From Callorhinchus milii (Eukaryota): a DNA stretch of 64,000 bases. A program made the translations under genes and the position numbers. The stretch covers positions 88,786,001 to 88,850,000 of the forward strand of contig NW_024704742.1 of NCBI RefSeq assembly GCF_018977255.1, given 5' to 3'. The notes under the pieces are model-generated. The model was not told the DNA's origin and made no database searches. It saw only the letters and a program-made list of their open reading frames with translations. How positions within the stretch are numbered: position 1 is the first letter of the stretch; each line of letters opens with the position of its first letter. Positions 12,310-25,130 of the stretch are shown piece after piece.

Positions 12310-12570
12310 GAAGCTATGCAGTTTTAGCTGCTTAGACTCCAACGCTCACTCTGGGGTTCCCAAGCCTTGGCTCTTGACAACCTACACCTTATACTTTCTG
12401 GAATTAGGTTAGCAGAATGGGTCTCTCCAGGGAGAGAGTGTGCATTCTATTCCAATAAATATCTTGAGAATGTCCATAAATAGATGGGATGCATGAAATT
12501 CTAGTTTGGATACTCTTAAACATGGTGATGAGTTTCTGTATCTGTCAGACATCCAGTCAACCAAAACAAA
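12310..12570 (+). repeat. Unclassified interspersed repeat, copy 2
   Basis: Aligns with 11133-11345 (inverted) and 50985-51262 (direct). Confidence 0.8.
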
Positions 12571-13508
12571 TGAGAGCAGGGGAAAATAGGAAAAGAAAAA
12601 TAGCAACAATGGGTGTCCATTGTACAACGATTCATATCAGGCGTCACAAAAAGTGACTTCTGACGGTAACTGAAAATATGTAACGCTGACAGGCAGGAAC
12701 AGCGCTAAAGAGAGATAGATTGTGTCTGAGTGGAGTTGTCATGGGCTGGCATTACATACTTCTGGACATCTGCAAAAATTGCTATTACAGTTCAGGTAAA
12801 GAAAATGCTTCGACCAATCTGATATCATCCTTCACAACAATGGCAAATCCTGTTAGAAATTGCTGTATGTTGGACCCCACTGCAGTAAAGAATTTTCTTT
12901 CAGAGGTTTGCCATCTGTCGCTGAATCCCAAACCTTATGTTTTTGCCTTTGGTAGACTCGAAGAATAAAGGCTATTTTTATCATCATTGAAATAACCACA
13001 GTCAAATTACTCTTTTTTTAAAAAACAATGTAATTAAACTAACTTTGAATTTAAGTTAAACAACAGCTTCTGGATTTAAGCTAAACTTTCCACCACAATT
13101 CCAACAAGAGATAATAAACTGCATGCTTCATGAGAATGAATGTACCTGTCAAACGAAGGGAACAGCATTAGAAAGACATGTACATTTAAATTGAACATAA
13201 GATTTTAATTCAATTTAAAATGCTAAGTAACTTTTCAACCGAGCCTCTTTGAGAAGTGGAATGATATGTTTTCCATTACTCATCAAAAATAATGCAGTAT
13301 AATTTCATGAATATTTCATAGGCAATGTTTGAGCTTCATCTCTTAATTTGTTCGAGCGTTTTTTGAAGGACTTGTGAGCACAGATGATTTATACCATGGT
13401 AGATTATGAGAAAGCTGCGGCTTCAATCCTGTTGGGAACCTGAGAGTGTTATCTGTACAGATCATGGCCAGGGTTGATCACAAAAGAAGTATGGATGAAA
13501 AATATCTG

Positions 13509-14194
13509 ATCTTATTCTTTGTCAATGTAGTTTGGAATATTGGATGATATCATAGAGGTTTTCCCCAATCGACTCTGCGGGTTGGGAGAAAATGCACAGA
13601 GGTTTAACTTCATGGAAAATGTACTCGTGATCAATTGCTTCATTGTAGAGATGAACCAAATAAAGTGACAGACCCAAGAAAAGGCAATCTAGGAGGGGCT
13701 TTGAAGAACCTAATGCCAAGCCAGGACTGTTAAGAGCCCTGGGATGTGAAAGGCACTATCTAAATATAAATTTGTGTTGTGTCTTTTCCCAATGAAATGA
13801 AAAACAAATGATATGCTGCAGTCAAACTTGTAATTTGCCTTGTTTCCTGTGCACATTGTGCAAATGGCACGTGGACACCATTTATACATGTGTGGACAGC
13901 CAGACAATTTGGTTCCTGTACGTCAGATGGTCCCATGCTAAAAATGGCTAGCTTTTGTGTATTAGGTTGTGTATTACTGCTGATGTCACTTACTGCACAG
14001 GAAATGACTTTGCCAAAAACTTGATTATTGGGATATCTGCCATTTCAACATCCAGTTTCCCCCCAAAATGATCACAAGTACATTTTCCGTGAAGCTAAAC
14101 CTCAGTTCATTTTCTCCCCAACCCCCAAAGTGGATTAAGGAAAACTTCTATGATATCACCCAATATTCCAAACTACATTGCCAAAGAAAAAGAT
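13509..14194. repeat. Long inverted repeat: arms 13509-13633 and 14069-14194
   Basis: Manual alignment gives about 15 differences in 126 columns; spacer ~435 bp. Confidence 0.9.
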
Positions 14195-14331
14195 TATAAT
14201 CAATATCCCATTCTATTCAGTGTCCAGCAACACATTTGAAGTGACGTTGACAGGGACCCAATGATCCAAATGTTGTTTTTTTTAGCATGGCTTGCATACA
14301 GGAGACAAGTGAAACCAGCTACCACTGCCTC

Positions 14332-14672
14332 ATAATAACAATAATAATATTAATCCTTGCATTTGATATAGCGCTTTTCACGTCGGGAGGACGTCCCAAA
14401 GCGCTTCACAGAACATACTGTGAAGTGATTTGACTGTATATTTGTGGACAAACGCGGCAGCCAATTGCGCACAGCAATGTCCCACAAACAGTCGTAGATT
14501 GAAAATGACCAATTTTTATTATTGTTTTTGATTTTGGAGGGATTACTATTAGGCGTATGAAGTAAGGAAACTTGCCCAAGGTTTCGCCCTGCCTGGAATT
14601 GAACTCAGGTCTCTCACTTGCAAAGCGAGTGCTCTAACCACTGACCACTTGAGCTCAGCAACAGGACTCCAT
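14332..14672 (-). mobile_element. Young SINE, short variant
   Basis: Near-identical reverse complement of 2785-3110, with a small insertion in the A-box region. Confidence 0.95.
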
Positions 14673-14701
14673 TATAAGTGCAAACCAAATCTCTTCATTT
14701 C

Positions 14702-14880
14702 ATAATAATAATAATAATAATAATAATTCTTACATTTGGTATAGCACCTTTCATGTCAAGAGCACATCTCAAAGTACTTCACAAGATATGCTGTAGTGTG
14801 GTGACTGTGATTTTTGGGAGAACGCAGCAGCCGATTTGCACACAGCAATTTCCAAGAAGTGAATGATCAATTTTATTGGG
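14702..14880 (-). mobile_element. SINE 3' fragment
   Basis: (AAT)n tail plus body homology. Confidence 0.75.
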
Positions 14881-15823
14881 AAAATTTCAGAATTCTCAAT
14901 TTCACAAAATCTTGCATTTTAAAACAATGGTCTTAAGCCTAAAACAAAGAGATATTTCAGGACTATGGTGTACATTACAATATGTTTGGTGAGACCCAAC
15001 AGCTGATTGCATCCCCTTTGGTCTCCTACTGTTGAATACAGGAACTGCGTTAATGATAGATAAGTCAGTTCCTGATTCCTGAAATTATTCAATAAAAGCA
15101 AAATGTCTTAGTTTTCAGATTTTAATAGCTTCAACTGAACGATAGCCACTAAGGATAACTCCAAATGATAATAATAATAATATTTATAATAATAATATAA
15201 TTATCCTTGCATTTGATTTAGAGGCTTTCATGTTGAGAGGATGTGAATAATCCGATGGTCAGACAAGTGTTTGCAAGGGGATTAGTAATACAATAAGGAA
15301 TTATTTTATTATTATGCCTTAATAATGTCTTCACAAAAGCATTGCTATTGATAAGGAGGAGCAAATGTTGAACCTCATTGTTTTCTGAGATACAGAGTAA
15401 TCTATCTGGTGCTCTTTCGCTTGTCACTGCTCTCTGGATCTTTAGTGAATATCATCTTTTCTTTCTGCTGTTCAGAGAACACCAGTGTCAGATCCTTTCT
15501 TCGACTGACAAACAGGAAGATTTTAAAGGAAGTTGTGAACATAATCCCACGGTGGCATTAATGTCTGGCTCCTCTTAAGTTAAAAGCAGAAATGATGTAG
15601 GAGTTTTATATCAGCTGAAAAGGTAATTATATTAGCTGAAAAGTGCAGACTTTTCTTTCAACATGAAGTTTCTAACCACACTGGAATATGCAGCATAGTT
15701 TTAACACCACGAAAATGAACTTTAACTTTAAATATCGTTTGCCAGCTTCAGGATTACAGATGCAATAAACATGTCAATTATTAAAGTATATTAGTTCTCT
15801 TAAAACAATTTCAAACTCTGCCT

Positions 15824-16178
15824 AACAACAACATCTTGCTTTTTATGTAGTGTCCTTCATGCAGGGTAGTGTCTCAGAAGGCTTAAAAGTGGTGGAAACT
15901 GATGCCGAGTCAGGGGGAAGGAGAGAGGAATTGAACATAAGCACTGTCGAAGAGGAAGGTCTTCAGTTGTGATTCAAAAAGAGGGTAAGGAGGGGACAAG
16001 ACGGAGGGGGGGGAGAGTTCCAAAGCTTTGGGACATAGTGGCTGCAAGCAAGACCACTGATGGTGGAGCGGAGAGGACAAGGGTCAAGCAGAAGGCCAGA
16101 GCCAGCGGAGCAGAGGTAGTGGGTAGCGTAGTGGGCAAGAAGCAGTTTGGAAAGGTGACATTTATTGAGATTTAAAGA
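15824..16178 (-). mobile_element. Older L2 3' end
   Basis: (CAA)n tail, GAGAGTTCCAAAGCTTTGGG (PKLWNSP in reverse). Confidence 0.75.
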
Positions 16179-16790
16179 GGTTTTTCTTGGTGCTGTTTAC
16201 TGGGTGCAATTTAACCTTGTTACACTGACGCAATAGTGGGTTGTGCAGTGTTTTGTGCTTCATTTGTTACACAGCTCTGCTATATATGTATATATATATA
16301 ATCCTTGCACTTTACATTAACAAACATTTAACTGCCCTACTATGTTAGCTCATTAAAGTAGATGGAGATGGAGTTAAAAGCTACTTTTGCAAAATCAAAT
16401 TGCAAAGAAGAAACACCTCTGAAAACTATGTGAAGATCCAAATTCCTTGTGTGGCTTTTTTGGAATTCAGAAAACAAACCTGACAGATGGTAAGAGGCTT
16501 TTATACCAGTAGATTAAAATGCAAATAGTTTATGTTATGACTTTTGCCTTTGGTTAAATTCTCTGCTAAAACAATATGCCTTCAGTGATTAGACATTCTT
16601 TCCGAGGAGAGCTCACACTGACAGTTGCCTTTAGCTACAAGAAACACATTGCAGGGAAAAGATATATAATTTTCTTTATTTGTGCGCTCACAGGGTGAGA
16701 GCTGAGCATGGTGCAGAATTAAACATTTTCCACTTTACATTCAGAGCTATTAATAAGCACTCCAAGGACAGATAGAGGGGAAGCCTGATG

Positions 16791-17130
16791 GGCCAGGAGC
16801 TCATTGATTGACTGCTCGAATCTCAATCATGAGGTCAAAAGTTCAAGCCCCACAGCTACCTGTCAGTCAAAAATCACTTGCCTGAGTTATTCTCGGACAG
16901 AGGATAGTGAGGAAGTACTCAGTAGGGTGCTCAGTCGTTTCTGGTGAGGACAGAACGACTGTCGTACTGTTGATCAGCTAATTCTGTGGTTTGCGATTCC
17001 AAACAAGGGCGAGAAAAGATAGATCGTGGTTAAAGGCACTCTGCCCTGTTTACTTGGCTTAAAGGGTACGGCATAAGCACATTGCTAATAATTCCACAAC
17101 AGTGCCCTCCAGAATGGTCTCATTACTAAA
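16791..17130 (+). mobile_element. Possible distinct tRNA-headed SINE relic
   Basis: GGAGCTCATTGA A-box-like and AGTTCAAGCCC B-box at tRNA spacing; body unlike other local SINEs; 3' end uncertain. Confidence 0.35.
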
Positions 17131-17166
17131 AGTACTGTGGTCTACATTGCAGTATTCGGACACCAC

Positions 17167-17490
17167 AATATAATAATAATATAATAATAATAATCTTTGC
17201 ATTTGATATAGCGCTTTTCACGTTGGGAGGACGTCCCAAAGCGCTTCACAGAATATACTGTAAAGTGAATTGACTGCATATTTGTGGGCGAACGCGACAG
17301 CCAATTGCGCACAGCAATGTCCCACAAACAGTCATAGATCGAAAATGACCAATTTATTATTGTTTTTGGTTTTGGAGGGATTATTATTAGGCTCTGTGTG
17401 GAGTAAGGTTTCGCCCTGACCTGCCTGGAATTGAACTCAGGTCTCTCGCTTGCAAAGCGAGTGCTCTAACCACTGAGCTACAGGACTCCA
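17167..17490 (-). mobile_element. Young SINE, short variant
   Basis: Reverse complement of 2785-3110 with a small deletion after the B-box. Confidence 0.95.
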
Positions 17491-18526
17491 CATATGGAAA
17501 TCTGATGAACGCAAATGGGTACTCCTTCCGGTAACTGGATATACGTCACACTGATCCACGGGATCTCTACAACATTTGATTCACTTCCAGAGTGGAATTC
17601 CCACGGATCGATAGGAATATTAATGTGATTCTGTAATAAGGCTTAGATCTTTATTGCCACATACCTTGGTGATTTACCACTGTCGCATTCTTTTGCTCTT
17701 TAACGATTAAGTGGACAAACAAATCACATGAATGCCTGAAATTAACTTGAAATTAACAACTAAGTAATTGGAAAAGTGGACTGTATTACCTTTTAACTGA
17801 TCTCTAGCAATGGCTTTCGCATGTGATATGATTATGCCAGGAAAGAGCTGGGAAGCAGCGTGTGCAGGAACACACTCATTAAGTTTTAGCAAGACAAATA
17901 TAAAGAAGGAAAAGGTGATCAATGTGAACCACAGCGCAGAGATTCGATCTGCATCAATTGAAAAAAAAGAACAGAATAACATCAGTTAAAATAAATTGGA
18001 GGATGCAACAGAAAATGAATAGCTCTTCCTTCTTATTAATGAACTGAGTTTACTCCACAGGCGAAAATGCACTAAGTGCTTTAATAGTAATATATGAGGA
18101 TCTCAGTTGTCTCTTAATAGGCATATCGCCAGGATTTCAGAAGGCAGTCTATTATGTCTATGCTCCTTTCCAGCAACTTCAAGAATATATTTCTGCAAAC
18201 CAGCAGTGGGTTTTAACAGAACCAGATCAGATTGCGTGTAAAAACAGTGGTAAAATGTTAGATAAAACAAACAAGGTGAGGAGGTGCGTCAAAGAGAGCA
18301 AAATATACCACATTCACAATCTGAATGATCTAGCTGAGTATTTTTATGACTCTTCAAAAAATATGGGAGATGCATGTTTATTCCATGCCAGAAAGTGTCT
18401 CTTGAGATTTCAGCCAAACACAAATACTAACACAGCTATGTCTTCACAAATTGGTTATTTTGTTTCTGATCGATGAACCTTTTTTGCAGCTGTCCAGTCT
18501 CACTTGTTATATTCTTTCCTTCTTCC

Positions 18527-18586
18527 ACCCCGCCACCCACCACCCCTTCTCCACCCCCACCCCCCACACACACCACACACACACAC
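18527..18586. repeat. C-rich and (CA)n simple repeat
   Basis: CACCCC runs followed by CACACA. Confidence 0.7.
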
Positions 18587-19599
18587 GTAACACATATAAC
18601 ACTTTGCACGCCGTTGACTCTGCTTCTGGCTGTTGTTCAAGTCATCAGACACAAGGAGGACACTTCTGTAGCTGAAGTGTCTGTAGCATTCTAATCACTG
18701 TCATAACCTACACTTTCAGAACCACTGCACTCTTCCTGACTCGCTCACGGATCCTTTGTCTGAATCTGCAGGAGAAATAAAATTCCACCTGTAAAATCAT
18801 TGTTTTATTCTAAAAGTTAAAGATGGTACAGGATTAATGGACAATTGTTCAATTCACTTTTAATTTGGAAGCAGGTTATTTTTCAAGGACTGCGGTAAAA
18901 GTCTTAAACATTCCGAACTAACCTAAGAATTTTCCATAATTCTGCACAATCGTACATTTTAAGACTGATTGGCTAAGACTAGGTGGAATTTCAGGTCTCT
19001 GGTGATGTGCCTTCCAGTGCAGATAGATCTGGGATTCATTCCAATCTAGCCCTGGTTCCATCAAAGGCAGATTCTGCAAATCACTGATGACTGCAGTTCT
19101 TGCTGGGGTCAATCAGTAGAGAGCGATAAGAGGGAAAATGCTGATTCTACAACTGGCGTCTGCTTAGTTATGTGACCCTGTGGGCACCTATTGTCCATTG
19201 TAAATTCAGAAATCAAACGCAGTTAGTTTAGAGATTGTTTTGAAAATTCAATGGTAGAAGATATAAAACATACCCAAAATTGTTTCCATTGTAAATGATA
19301 CAAATTTCTTGGTCCTCTTTAGATGACCACAGAGCCATTGACAGTTATAATCTTTCACCTGTTTTCCATTCCCCCGACCAACAGCATAACGACTGAATTT
19401 CATGAATTATCACTTTCTGAATTGTGAAATGTATTGAAGAATACATTCAGTAATGGTTTGGAAATTTGGGAATAGAGTCTTTCAGTACACTCGATGTTTT
19501 AGAAATGTGATAATCTGTTATTAAGAAATACTGCAAATTAGAATCCATCTTACAAGAACAACAACAATATGAAGAGCAATCATTGTTTGACATTTATAA

Positions 19600-19795
19600 A
19601 TTTAAATCCCTGTCTTAATTCCTTCACCTTGCCCCTTTTTATCTATCTTTAAATCCCACTTTAAGACCTATTTCTTCCACAGTGCCCAGGTCACCTCTCC
19701 CTTCTCCCTTGCTTGGGATCCAATCCTGCCATTGTGCAGCACTCTGACATGTTATTCTGCATAAATGGCGCTATATAAATGCAACTTGTTGTTTT
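19600..19795 (+). mobile_element. Old L2 3' end
   Basis: FKSHFKTYFF-like segment; GGCGCTATATAAATGCAACTTGTTGTT tail. Confidence 0.75.
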
Positions 19796-20149
19796 TGCAT
19801 TGTATTTTGTGCTCATGAAACTCCAGGAATAAGATTGCTGTTCCTGCAGTGGGAGTCCCAATACTCTTGCCCACCTACAAGATTATTAAGTACCACAAAG
19901 TAGAGCACGAGCATGAACTGGTTGGGCCAAACGACTTGTTTCCGTGCTACATCTTTCACTCACTACAATGAACCAAAGTTTGGGCAGAACTGCATTACCA
20001 GAGGTGATGCCCTTTGAATGAAATGTAACCTGAGGTGTCATTCACCTTTCCTTAGGTGGGCATTAAAGGCTGCTGTGTTTGTTCACAAAAGAGTCACTAC
20101 AGTTGATAGTAGTTACTCATTATGAAATGTTTTGACACATAAAGCTAGT

Positions 20150-20619
20150 ATGATTACGAGGATGCTACCAGGGTTAAGTGGATACAGTTATCAACAAAGA
20201 TTGGACAGGCATTTTTTTTTCTCGCGACGATTGAGAGCGGACCTGATAGAGGTATTTAAAATTATGAAAGGATTCAATAAAATGAACATAAATAGGCTGT
20301 TACCACATGATGGTGAATCCAAACCAAGTGGGCATATATAACACATCCACTGGAGATCTAAAAAGAGGATTTAAAGAAGAACTTCTTTACACAGAGAGTG
20401 GTGAGAAAGTTGAACTCAATGCTTGAAACCGTGGTTGAAGCAGAAAGCATATTGCATTTAAGAAGAAATGTACATACATGAGGCAGAAGGGAAATAGTGA
20501 GGTATGGGAGAGGTATGGATTAGAGGATTAGGAAGCTTGTGTGAAGTATGAACACTGGCGCAAATTAATTGGGTCAAATAGCCTGTTTCTTGCTGTACAA
20601 TCTATGTAATTCTATGTAA
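20150..20619 (+). mobile_element. CR1 3' fragment
   Basis: TRMLPGL..YSYQQRL..RRLRADLIEVFKIMKGF; (TCTATGTAA)x2 terminus. Confidence 0.85.
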
Positions 20620-20681
20620 AATGTGCTATAAAAAATGGAAGTTTCTTTCTATGTTTACAGTGGAATGGACATCAATATTTA

Positions 20682-20862
20682 TCATAGAATCATAGAATTG
20701 GACAGCACAAAAAGAGGCCATTCGGCCCACCTAGTTTGTGCCGGCTCTTTGAAAAGAGCAATTAATGTCAATCCCACTCCCCAGCCCTTTCCCCATGACC
20801 CTGCAAACCCGTCCTCCTCAAATACCCGTCCACCGCGTTTTTAAAAGTAGTTATCGAATTTA
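20682..20862 (-). mobile_element. CR1 3' end
   Basis: CATAGAATCATAGAA terminus; homologous to 5270-5430. Confidence 0.8.
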
Positions 20863-20907
20863 GTTTGCAAAAACTATTTATTTAATTCTAAGAACAGCAC
20901 TAGCAAC

Positions 20908-21295
20908 AATAATTATAATAATAATCCTTGCATTTGATATAGCTCCTTATCACGTCTTCGAGACATCTCAAAGCGCTTCACAGAATATACTGTAAAGTGA
21001 CTTGACTATATTTTGTTTGCGAGATGTGGCAGTCAATTGCGCACAGCGGTGTTCAACAAACAGTTGTGGATTGAATGACCAAATTATTATTTATAAATTT
21101 TTTAAAAATTGTGGAATTATTACCCCCGAAAAAGTGATCCGTCAATCAACTAACAACTGGGTTCCTACTTACTTTTAGGTAAACAGAGGTGTGTGGAGTG
21201 AGGAAACTTGCCCAACATTTTGCCCTGTCGGGAATCAATCCCAGGTTTTCTCACTTGCAAGACGAGTACTCCAACCACCAAACTACAGGACTCCA
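20908..21295 (-). mobile_element. SINE, long variant
   Basis: Full head to tail, with the extra CTGTTTACCTA...GTAGGAACCC segment. Confidence 0.9.
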
Positions 21296-21420
21296 ATGCA
21301 GCACAACCTCAGCATTGCAATTGGAGTGTTTAGCCTAAAAACTGTGAACTCAAAGGCCCGACATTGGGTTTGAACACACAACCTTCTGACTCAGAGACCA
21401 GAGTGCTAGCAACTGAGCCA
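21296..21420 (-). mobile_element. Deu-domain SINE tRNA head
   Basis: Reverse TGGCTCAGTTGCTAGCACTCTGGTCTCTGAGTCAGAAGGTTGTGTGTTCAAACCC. Confidence 0.75.
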
Positions 21421-21619
21421 GACTGATACCAAAGTGTGCTAACCTCTCATTACAAGGCCATTAAGTGACACAGGACTGATTGGTGTCTTAACATTATCAC
21501 ACTGGAGGCTCTGGGGAATATTACATCTTTATCCCATGTATCTTAAGATTTTCTTAAGACTTAAGGCCATTTTCAAATCCGCCAGCGTAGGATAAATATT
21601 GTGTAAATTTTATTATCCT

Positions 21620-23470
21620 TCTGTTACCTTGTCCTCCCTTCCGTCCCGGTCACTGGGATCTAAGCAATGACTGCCATACCCTCACTCCCCCCACCCTGCG
21701 CTGTCTCTCATAGCCCATGGACAGATGCTGCCCCGCTGATTGCTCGCTCCTGAAAATGTTTCTGCTCCGAGCCCCCACATTCCACTACTCCCACACTGTC
21801 CATCTCTCCCATCGCCCTGCTCACCTGCTCTCTCTCCTGGACCCCACCATCACTTCCCTCTGCTCCAGTTTGAATATCCAAGTCAGGCTCACCGTGGCTC
21901 TCGGCATTGGTTGTCCCAGAGCAGACACCAACTATGCCATTTCTAACTCTCTCTGCACCAATTGCCTCCAAAGGCAAACAACCCTTCCCCTCCCTCATCC
22001 ATACCCTCCCCAACTCTCCTTGTTCCTCAAACTCCATGGTCATTTCTCCTCCACGACCCCAAATCTTCTTTATACCACTCTCTCCTCCATCCCCACCACC
22101 ACCAGCAAATCTCTCCGCATTTCCTTCAAGATATCTGCTCCCTCCCTAATAAAGCCCTTACTATCCATGACCTCATCCTAGATGAGCACATTGCTATTCT
22201 TGGGCTTACAGAAACTTGATTCTCCCCCGGTGACTCCATCCCCCTAGTTGAAGCCTTGCCTCCTGGCTACACTTTTCACCACACACCCCGCCCCAATCAA
22301 CGTCGTGACAGGCTGGCCCTCATCCCAAGCTTCCCTTGGTCTATTCCCCTATTCCTCCGGCTGTTTCTCCTTCTTTGAGCACCTCACCCTCTACCATCCC
22401 TCCACTCTCTCCCTCAAAATCCTCCAAGTTTACAGCTCCCTCCTGGCTTCTGGCTCCTTCCTCACTGGTATCTCCTCTCTCCTCTCATCCCTGTCCCTCT
22501 GCCCTGAACACCTGCTCATAATGGGGGATTTTAACCTCCATCTAAACTCTCCACCTCTTCGGATTTCACTGCCCTCCTCTCCTCCCTAAACCTCACCCTC
22601 CACATCAACTCATCGACCCACAACCATGGCCACCCCCTCAACCTCATCATCACATATGGCCTTGACATTTCTGACCTGTCTATCAATAGACAAGGCCATC
22701 TCGGACAACTTACACATCTCCCTCTCCTCCTGCAACACCCTGCCCTCTTTCAAACACTCCACCACTTTATTCCACCCCTGGAAAAAGGTTCTCTCTGAGT
22801 CCCTCACAAATGCCCTCTTCCTTGGACCTCCTCTCCCTCTGGCACTCCATCCGCAGTGATCCTGATGCATCCTTCAGGCTGCTGAATGACCATCTCTCCA
22901 CAACTTTCAATTACCTGGCTCCCCTGAAATACAGGGTTTTCTCCAAGCCAGCTCCCCCTGGTATAACAGTCATCTCCGCTCACTCAAAACACAAACCTGG
23001 ATGCTTGAGCGCAGATAGCAGAAATCCAGCCTCACGATTCACCGCCAGCTGTGGCTCGAGCATCTCCACACCTACCCCTCTCCCTTTCACAGAGCAAAAC
23101 GGACTTTTACTCCAAAGTCATCCTGGAGGCAAACAACAAGGCAAAGACGTTGTTTTCCGCCGTCCATCACTTCCTCTGTGCACTCCCTCAAGCCCCCTCT
23201 ATCCTCAGATCAAACTCCAAGTGCGGATGACACACAAATCTACTTTGCTTCCTTCAGTACCAACTCCAGGTCCGTCGATGTTCTATCAGCTTGTCTGGCA
23301 GAATCAGGACCTGGATCAGTGCAAACTTCCTGCAGCTGAATGTGGACAAGACGGAAGCCATACTCCTTGCTCCTATCAATGTCGTCATCCTGTGGATCTG
23401 AACTCCTCAACCTCCCCGGGCTCTCCTTCAGACTCACCGAACCAGTGCGTAATTTCCCCCCCTCTGATTT
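21620..23470 (+). mobile_element. L2 LINE 5' region with APE endonuclease remnant and RT domain deleted
   Basis: ICSLPNKALTIHDLILDEHIAILGLTET, LLIMGDFNLH, then an abrupt jump to ADDTQIY and QLNVDKTEA; 5' limit uncertain. Confidence 0.85.
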
Positions 23471-23644
23471 TTCCTCCTATCTTTCTAAAGAGACGAACTC
23501 CAGGCGATGTGTGATTCAGCATGTATCACGTTATAATATATAATCCTTACATTTCGTACAGTGCATTCCACATCGGGAGGACATTCAAAGCACTTCACAG
23601 GGCATACTATAAAGTGACTGTATGTCTTGTTGGCAAGCGCTAAT

Positions 23645-23905
23645 GATTGTTGGCAGCATATTTGACTCTGAGGACATCACACCGAGCTCAAACCAGTTCT
23701 CACTACTGATACCCACTTGTACACCTTCCAGCGTAAATCACTGAGAGCTTTCAGTAGTACGAACCTGATCTATTCCCCTTTCCTACCCCCAGGCACTGAA
23801 GTCAAGTGTAAAGCCCTTGGTTTTTGTCCTGGCTGAGATCAGTTAACTCAGCACAGATCAGGGATTGAAACTGGACAGGCGTTCCTGATCTTTGTTCCTT
23901 AGTCT
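23645..23905 (-). mobile_element. AmnSINE2-like ancient SINE
   Basis: GGCTGAGATCAGTTAACTCAGCACAGATCAGGGATTGAAACTGG. Confidence 0.7.
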
Positions 23906-24964
23906 ACTATTCATATTGTATTTGCAAAAAAAAAAAAAATTCCAGCAGATTCTAACCATCTCTCTTCTCAACTAAAGCATATGATTGATTACCACGAATG
24001 AATTGCCCAGCGCAAAAGTCGATTGTGCATACAGCTCGCTCATCAAATACGTGTCAGTTCTTTGCAGAAAGCAGCAATAATACTGCATCTCTTTCACTTC
24101 TGTAAGAATTGTTCTGTATTCACATTGTAACTGTTAATGTGTTGAAATGATGTATTCTCCTGTGGTACAATGTAGAATGACTCTACAAGCCTATATTCAC
24201 CCTTACACCACCACTACACCTTTTGGCTATTCATGTGCAACGTAGTTTTTTAAATTGAGAAAATGGTAACTAGATTTAGTCAAATGATGCCAACAAATAT
24301 TTCATTTACTTTGTGTAAAAAATATAATCTTGCAAGATTTATTTTTTGCCGGTTTTGTCCTGTCAGATAGTCATCATTCGTTTTACATTTAGCTAATTAT
24401 GTTATGTCCTCAGTTGCAATTCAATGATCCAACAAGGAAAACAAGGTTAAATCTAAAGAGATATTTACTGAAATATAGCACAAGAGCATTCAGCTGATCA
24501 TGAACAGCAGCACACTTTAGTGTGAGGCAAAATAGATATAAACCGTACTTAATAATGAAACTGTATAATGAAGGGATGCATGCAAGGCCATAGCTTGAAT
24601 ACAATGACATAAAAAGGTCAACACTTTGACATTGGGATGGAAATATGACACTTCATAACAATTTCTTGGGTATTATGTTAATGCACCTGCTAAGAAACAC
24701 CACATTTTTCTCCCATAACTACTTTAAATAATTGGAAACAAAATCAATTCCACGAAGTGAAAACAGTTTAGGATAATTTTTTTACTCACTAAGATTAGAT
24801 TTGTGGAATGCCCTGCCAAGTAAAATGGTAGATGTAGAATCCATTTGGGAATAGGCAGATATACATCTTTGCATTTCTGTTTGTGGGACATTGCTGTGTG
24901 CAAATTGGCTGCTGATTTGCTCATGAAATACATCGTCACTTCACAGGGAATCCTGTGAATACAG

Positions 24965-25130
24965 TCTCTTGACCTGAAGGGCTTTTTATCAAAGGTAAGG
25001 ATTATTTTATTATCTGAAAGATAAAAGTTTGAAGAGGTATGCAAATAGGGTGGGATTGAACAAACAGAACCGGTGCAGACTCGTTGGGCCGAATGGCCTT
25101 TTTTTGTTCTGTAAATGTCTATGATTTTAC
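24965..25130 (+). mobile_element. CR1 3' end
   Basis: ACCGGTGCAGACTCGTTGGGCCGAATGGCCT...TCTATGATT. Confidence 0.7.
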
